A stretch of DNA of 64,000 nucleotides from a virus: IMG/VR virus record IMGVR_UViG_3300028840_002113; one strand, written 5' to 3'. Shown in pieces: positions 61,329-64,000 of the stretch (position 1 is its first letter; each line of letters starts with the position of its first letter). The translations under genes and the position numbers were made by a program. The notes under the pieces are model-generated. The model ran no database searches and had not been told where the DNA came from. It was given only the letters and a program-made list of their open reading frames with translations.

Positions 61329-64000
61329 ATGGCCGGAATCGGAACAGCTTTGGGACTCGGGGTCGTACTCTCGATGGTCAATAGGCTGTCGGGTCCAGCT
61401 TCAGCTGCGTCGGCATCAATGCAGACGTTGTCTATGGCGACCGACCGTGCGACCAGAGCACAGCTCCGAATGGAAGTCGCGGCGAGGGCAGGAAGGGTAG
61501 CTCTCATCGGGGCAGCTGGCGCATCTGTGGCTCTCGCACTCGTGACCGCCGAAGCTGCTCGTTTCGAAGAAGGAATGAAACGAGTAGAGGCCATCCTCGT
61601 CCCCACGACAGGGGAATTGAAGGCGTTGACTGCAGCTGCAGTTGAAGCAGGAATCAAGACCAGATGGAGCCCGACTCAGGCGACAGAAGGTCTAAAAGAA
61701 CTCGCGACAGCTGGCTTTACGGCAGGAGAGGCGACAGCTGCCTTGATGCCTGTCTTGGACCTTGCTACAGGTTCGCTCGGCCAGCTCGGGGTCGCGGGAG
61801 CTGCCTCAGCTGCAGCTGCAGGAGTTAGGGGATTCGGCTTTGAAGCCAAAGACACAGCGAAGGTCGTTGACATTCTGCTCAGATCAACACAGCTGACCAA
61901 TATCCAAGCCAGAGACCTTCAAGTGATGCTGGCTCGTGTCGGTGGTAACGCGAAGGCGATGGGACAGGAATTCGAGCATACCGTCGCGATCCTCGGTGCT
62001 CTGCGGAATACAGGGGCAGAGGCATCTGTCTCGGCGACTACACTTCGATCGGCGATTCGTGCCCTGATGCAACCGAAGGCGACGGCAGAGCTGCAGAAGC
62101 TCGGCCTATCTGCTACGGATGCAAACGGGAATTTCAAAGACATGGCGACGCTCATGTTTGAGATTCAGAATGCCCTTGGGAAAACGACAGAAGAACAGAG
62201 GGCATTGTCGCTCATGACATTGTTCGGCGCACGAGGCATGAATGCCTTCAATGCCGTCGTCGCTATGGGTCCTGAGAATTTCGCAAAGCTGGAAAACGAA
62301 TTGAAGAACGCATCTGGAACGGCAGCTAAGTTCCGCGAAGCTGTCTTGGAACCATTGATCGGCCGACTTGTGCTGATGATGGGTTCAATTCAAACGCTCG
62401 CAATGAGACTCGGTTCGCCGCTCCTCGGTCCATTGAAGATGGCTGTTTCATTCTTCACGAAGATATTGAACGTGCTAATCACGCTCACGATGTGGTTCCC
62501 GAGAACGACGAAGGTGATTATGCTCTTGGTCGGAGCTGTCGTCTTCTTGACAGGACTCGTAGGAACCGTCCTTGTGCTCGGTTCTGCCTTTATGAAATTG
62601 AACCTTGCTCTTGGACTGGTAACAAAGGCGAAGTTCGCGTATCTCGCGATCTCCAAGCTTATATTCGGCATTGAAGGAATGACAAGGGGAGCAGTCCTCG
62701 CGTCTATATTCGCCGAGAAGCTCAGGCTGACGCAAACAGACCTGACGAATGCAAAGATGAAGATCAGGATCTGGCTTGAACGTATTCTCGGCATCGGTAT
62801 TTCAAAGAACACTTCTATCACCTATGCAGCTGTCTCGGCAGCTTGGGCAAAGAGGGTCGCGACGATTGGAAATAATGTCGCGCTCGGAATCAATAATACA
62901 TTGACGAGAATAAATTCGATGTTGAAATGGGGGAACATCAGGGCGTCTTTTGGACAGGCAAAAGCTGCGATCATGGGATCAACGGCAATGAAGGGAGCTG
63001 CAGCTGCATCCGGAATATTCACCGGAGCGATTCGAGGCATGACAGCTGCGATGCTGGCGAATCCGATTCTATTGATTATAACGGCGATCATCGTATTCAC
63101 GATCCTGCTCGTGAAGGTTGCAAGGGCATTCTGGAACGCGAAGGGTTCAGCTCAAGCGTTCTATGGAATTCTATTGGTATTGATGTCGCCGATAGGATGG
63201 CTGATAATCGCCGCGAAGATATTCGCTTCTGCATGGCAGCAAAACCTCGGCGGAGTTCGTGATGCCTGGAAGTCCATGCGAAAAGCAATCAGCATGATCT
63301 TCGAGCCTCTCGGCCGACTATTCAATGCAATGAAAGGCGTCGGTCCGATGGGCAAGCTGTTCAAGTCGGTCATGACCGTTGTTATGATGCCTTTCGCTCG
63401 TGCGTTCGAGTTGATCGGCGTCGCTGCTACGGTCGTCGGTGCAATAGTAGAAATCGTCGTACAGGAAATTGAAGCTGCATTCGCTCCATTGACCCCAGTC
63501 GTGGAAGAACTCGGCACAGCTTTCGACGAGCTCGGTGTCGCGGTCTTTGGTAGAGGCGGAGCGAACGTCGGCTTCTGGAAAGCATTCGGGACGGTCGTAC
63601 GATGGGTCGTGCGAAATACCCTGGAACCGCTCGCCAAGGTTATATCATGGATCATAAAGGGAATCACATGGATGACTCGTGGGGTTAAGGCTCTGGTCGA
63701 TCCACTTGTCAGGGTTCGTGATGCTATCGTTGATATATTGGACAAGGGAATTGGGACGGTCAGCGGGATCATCGGTACAGTCGCAGGAGCTATCGGGCTT
63801 CAGCATGGAGGCATCGTAACGAGGCCGACTGTAGCTGCACTCGCAGAAACAGGAAGGCCGGAAGTCGTGATGCCCTTGCCGAGCGGTCTTGGTCCTGGAG
63901 ATCTAAAAGATGTGTTCGACGCGATCAAACGAGGGGAGCCGACAGGAGCTGCTCCAGCTGCAGGAGGCGGACCAGTTCGTGTCGTGATTGAAAACCGCAT
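61329..64000 (+). CDS. tail tape measure protein (5' portion; ORF runs off the window end and is absent from the ORF track)
   Basis: Hand translation from ATG 61329 gives about 890 codons with no stop. TP901-type core: TGELKALTAAAVEAGIKTRWSPTQATEGLKELATAGFTAGEATAALMPVLDLA. Several hydrophobic segments. Near the window end: GGIVTRPTVAALAETGRPEVVMPL. Confidence 0.85.
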   Translation, partial: MAGIGTALGLGVVLSMVNRLSGPASAASASMQTLSMATDRATRAQLRMEVAARAGRVALIGAAGASVALALVTAEAARFEEGMKRVEAILVPTTGELKALTAAAVEAGIKTRWSPTQATEGLKELATAGFTAGEATAALMPVLDLATGSLGQLGVAGAASAAAAGVRGFGFEAKDTAKVVDILLRSTQLTNIQARDLQVMLARVGGNAKAMGQEFEHTVAILGALRNTGAEASVSATTLRSAIRALMQPKATAELQKLGLSATDANGNFKDMATLMFEIQNALGKTTEEQRALSLMTLFGARGMNAFNAVVAMGPENFAKLENELKNASGTAAKFREAVLEPLIGRLVLMMGSIQTLAMRLGSPLLGPLKMAVSFFTKILNVLITLTMWFPRTTKVIMLLVGAVVFLTGLVGTVLVLGSAFMKLNLALGLVTKAKFAYLAISKLIFGIEGMTRGAVLASIFAEKLRLTQTDLTNAKMKIRIWLERILGIGISKNTSITYAAVSAAWAKRVATIGNNVALGINNTLTRINSMLKWGNIRASFGQAKAAIMGSTAMKGAAAASGIFTGAIRGMTAAMLANPILLIITAIIVFTILLVKVARAFWNAKGSAQAFYGILLVLMSPIGWLIIAAKIFASAWQQNLGGVRDAWKSMRKAISMIFEPLGRLFNAMKGVGPMGKLFKSVMTVVMMPFARAFELIGVAATVVGAIVEIVVQEIEAAFAPLTPVVEELGTAFDELGVAVFGRGGANVGFWKAFGTVVRWVVRNTLEPLAKVISWIIKGITWMTRGVKALVDPLVRVRDAIVDILDKGIGTVSGIIGTVAGAIGLQHGGIVTRPTVAALAETGRPEVVMPLPSGLGPGDLKDVFDAIKRGEPTGAAPAAGGGPVRVVIENR

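Noticed and set aside
1-64000. Alternative genetic code (stop-codon reassignment, as seen in some large phages)
   Set aside because: TAA, TAG and TGA all terminate well-formed genes at positions consistent with homologue lengths (dnaE, recA, groES, speH, sheath). No conserved gene is interrupted by in-frame stops.

Overview
The window is a co-linear stretch of a large tailed dsDNA phage genome with a contractile tail (myovirus-like). Every convincing gene is on the + strand, about 95 CDS, packed tightly and often joined by ATGA/GTGA/TAATG start-stop overlaps. The standard genetic code applies. I found no tRNA, CRISPR array, integrase or transposase.

Gene order:
- 0.3-3.1 kb: small regulators, including a sigma-70-family protein.
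- 3.1-18.5 kb: replication, recombination and repair. This covers DnaE-type Pol III alpha, a putative sliding clamp, an RFC-type clamp loader, an SSB-like protein with a very long charged tail, RecA, SbcD/SbcC, RuvC, a NYN nuclease, a 5'-3' exonuclease/FEN and Dam.
- 18.6-20.8 kb: terminase.
- 20.8-32.8 kb: accessory region of many small ORFs. It holds a radical-SAM (SPL/COG1533-like) plus DUF488-like pair, a phage-borne tmRNA at 24603-24969, and many zinc-ribbon micro-proteins.
- 32.8-42.5 kb: receptor-binding and tail-fibre paralogues. They are interrupted by a GroES / SAM-decarboxylase / GIY-YIG island.
- 44.8-53 kb: head module. This covers portal, a MuF-family protein with a C-terminal HExxH domain, an XkdF-like protease, scaffold and major capsid.
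- 53-64 kb: neck and tail module. This covers sheath, tube, a chaperone with a T_TTT_TTG -1 frameshift site, and a tape-measure gene that runs off the window end and is missing from the ORF track.

The most unusual items:
- The tmRNA, plus a truncated tmRNA-end-like copy inside a duplicated hairpin/AATATATTC cassette.
- A purine-repeat tract that appears to be dual-coded, giving a poly-acidic SSB tail and a poly-basic RecA N-terminus.
- The rSAM-DUF488 pair.
- Two paralogous HxH-triad proteins.
- A roughly 500-nt hairpin-rich, weakly coding region at 28954-29478.
- A tail-fibre gene whose reading frame is interrupted.

All functional calls come from motif recognition by eye. No database search was run.
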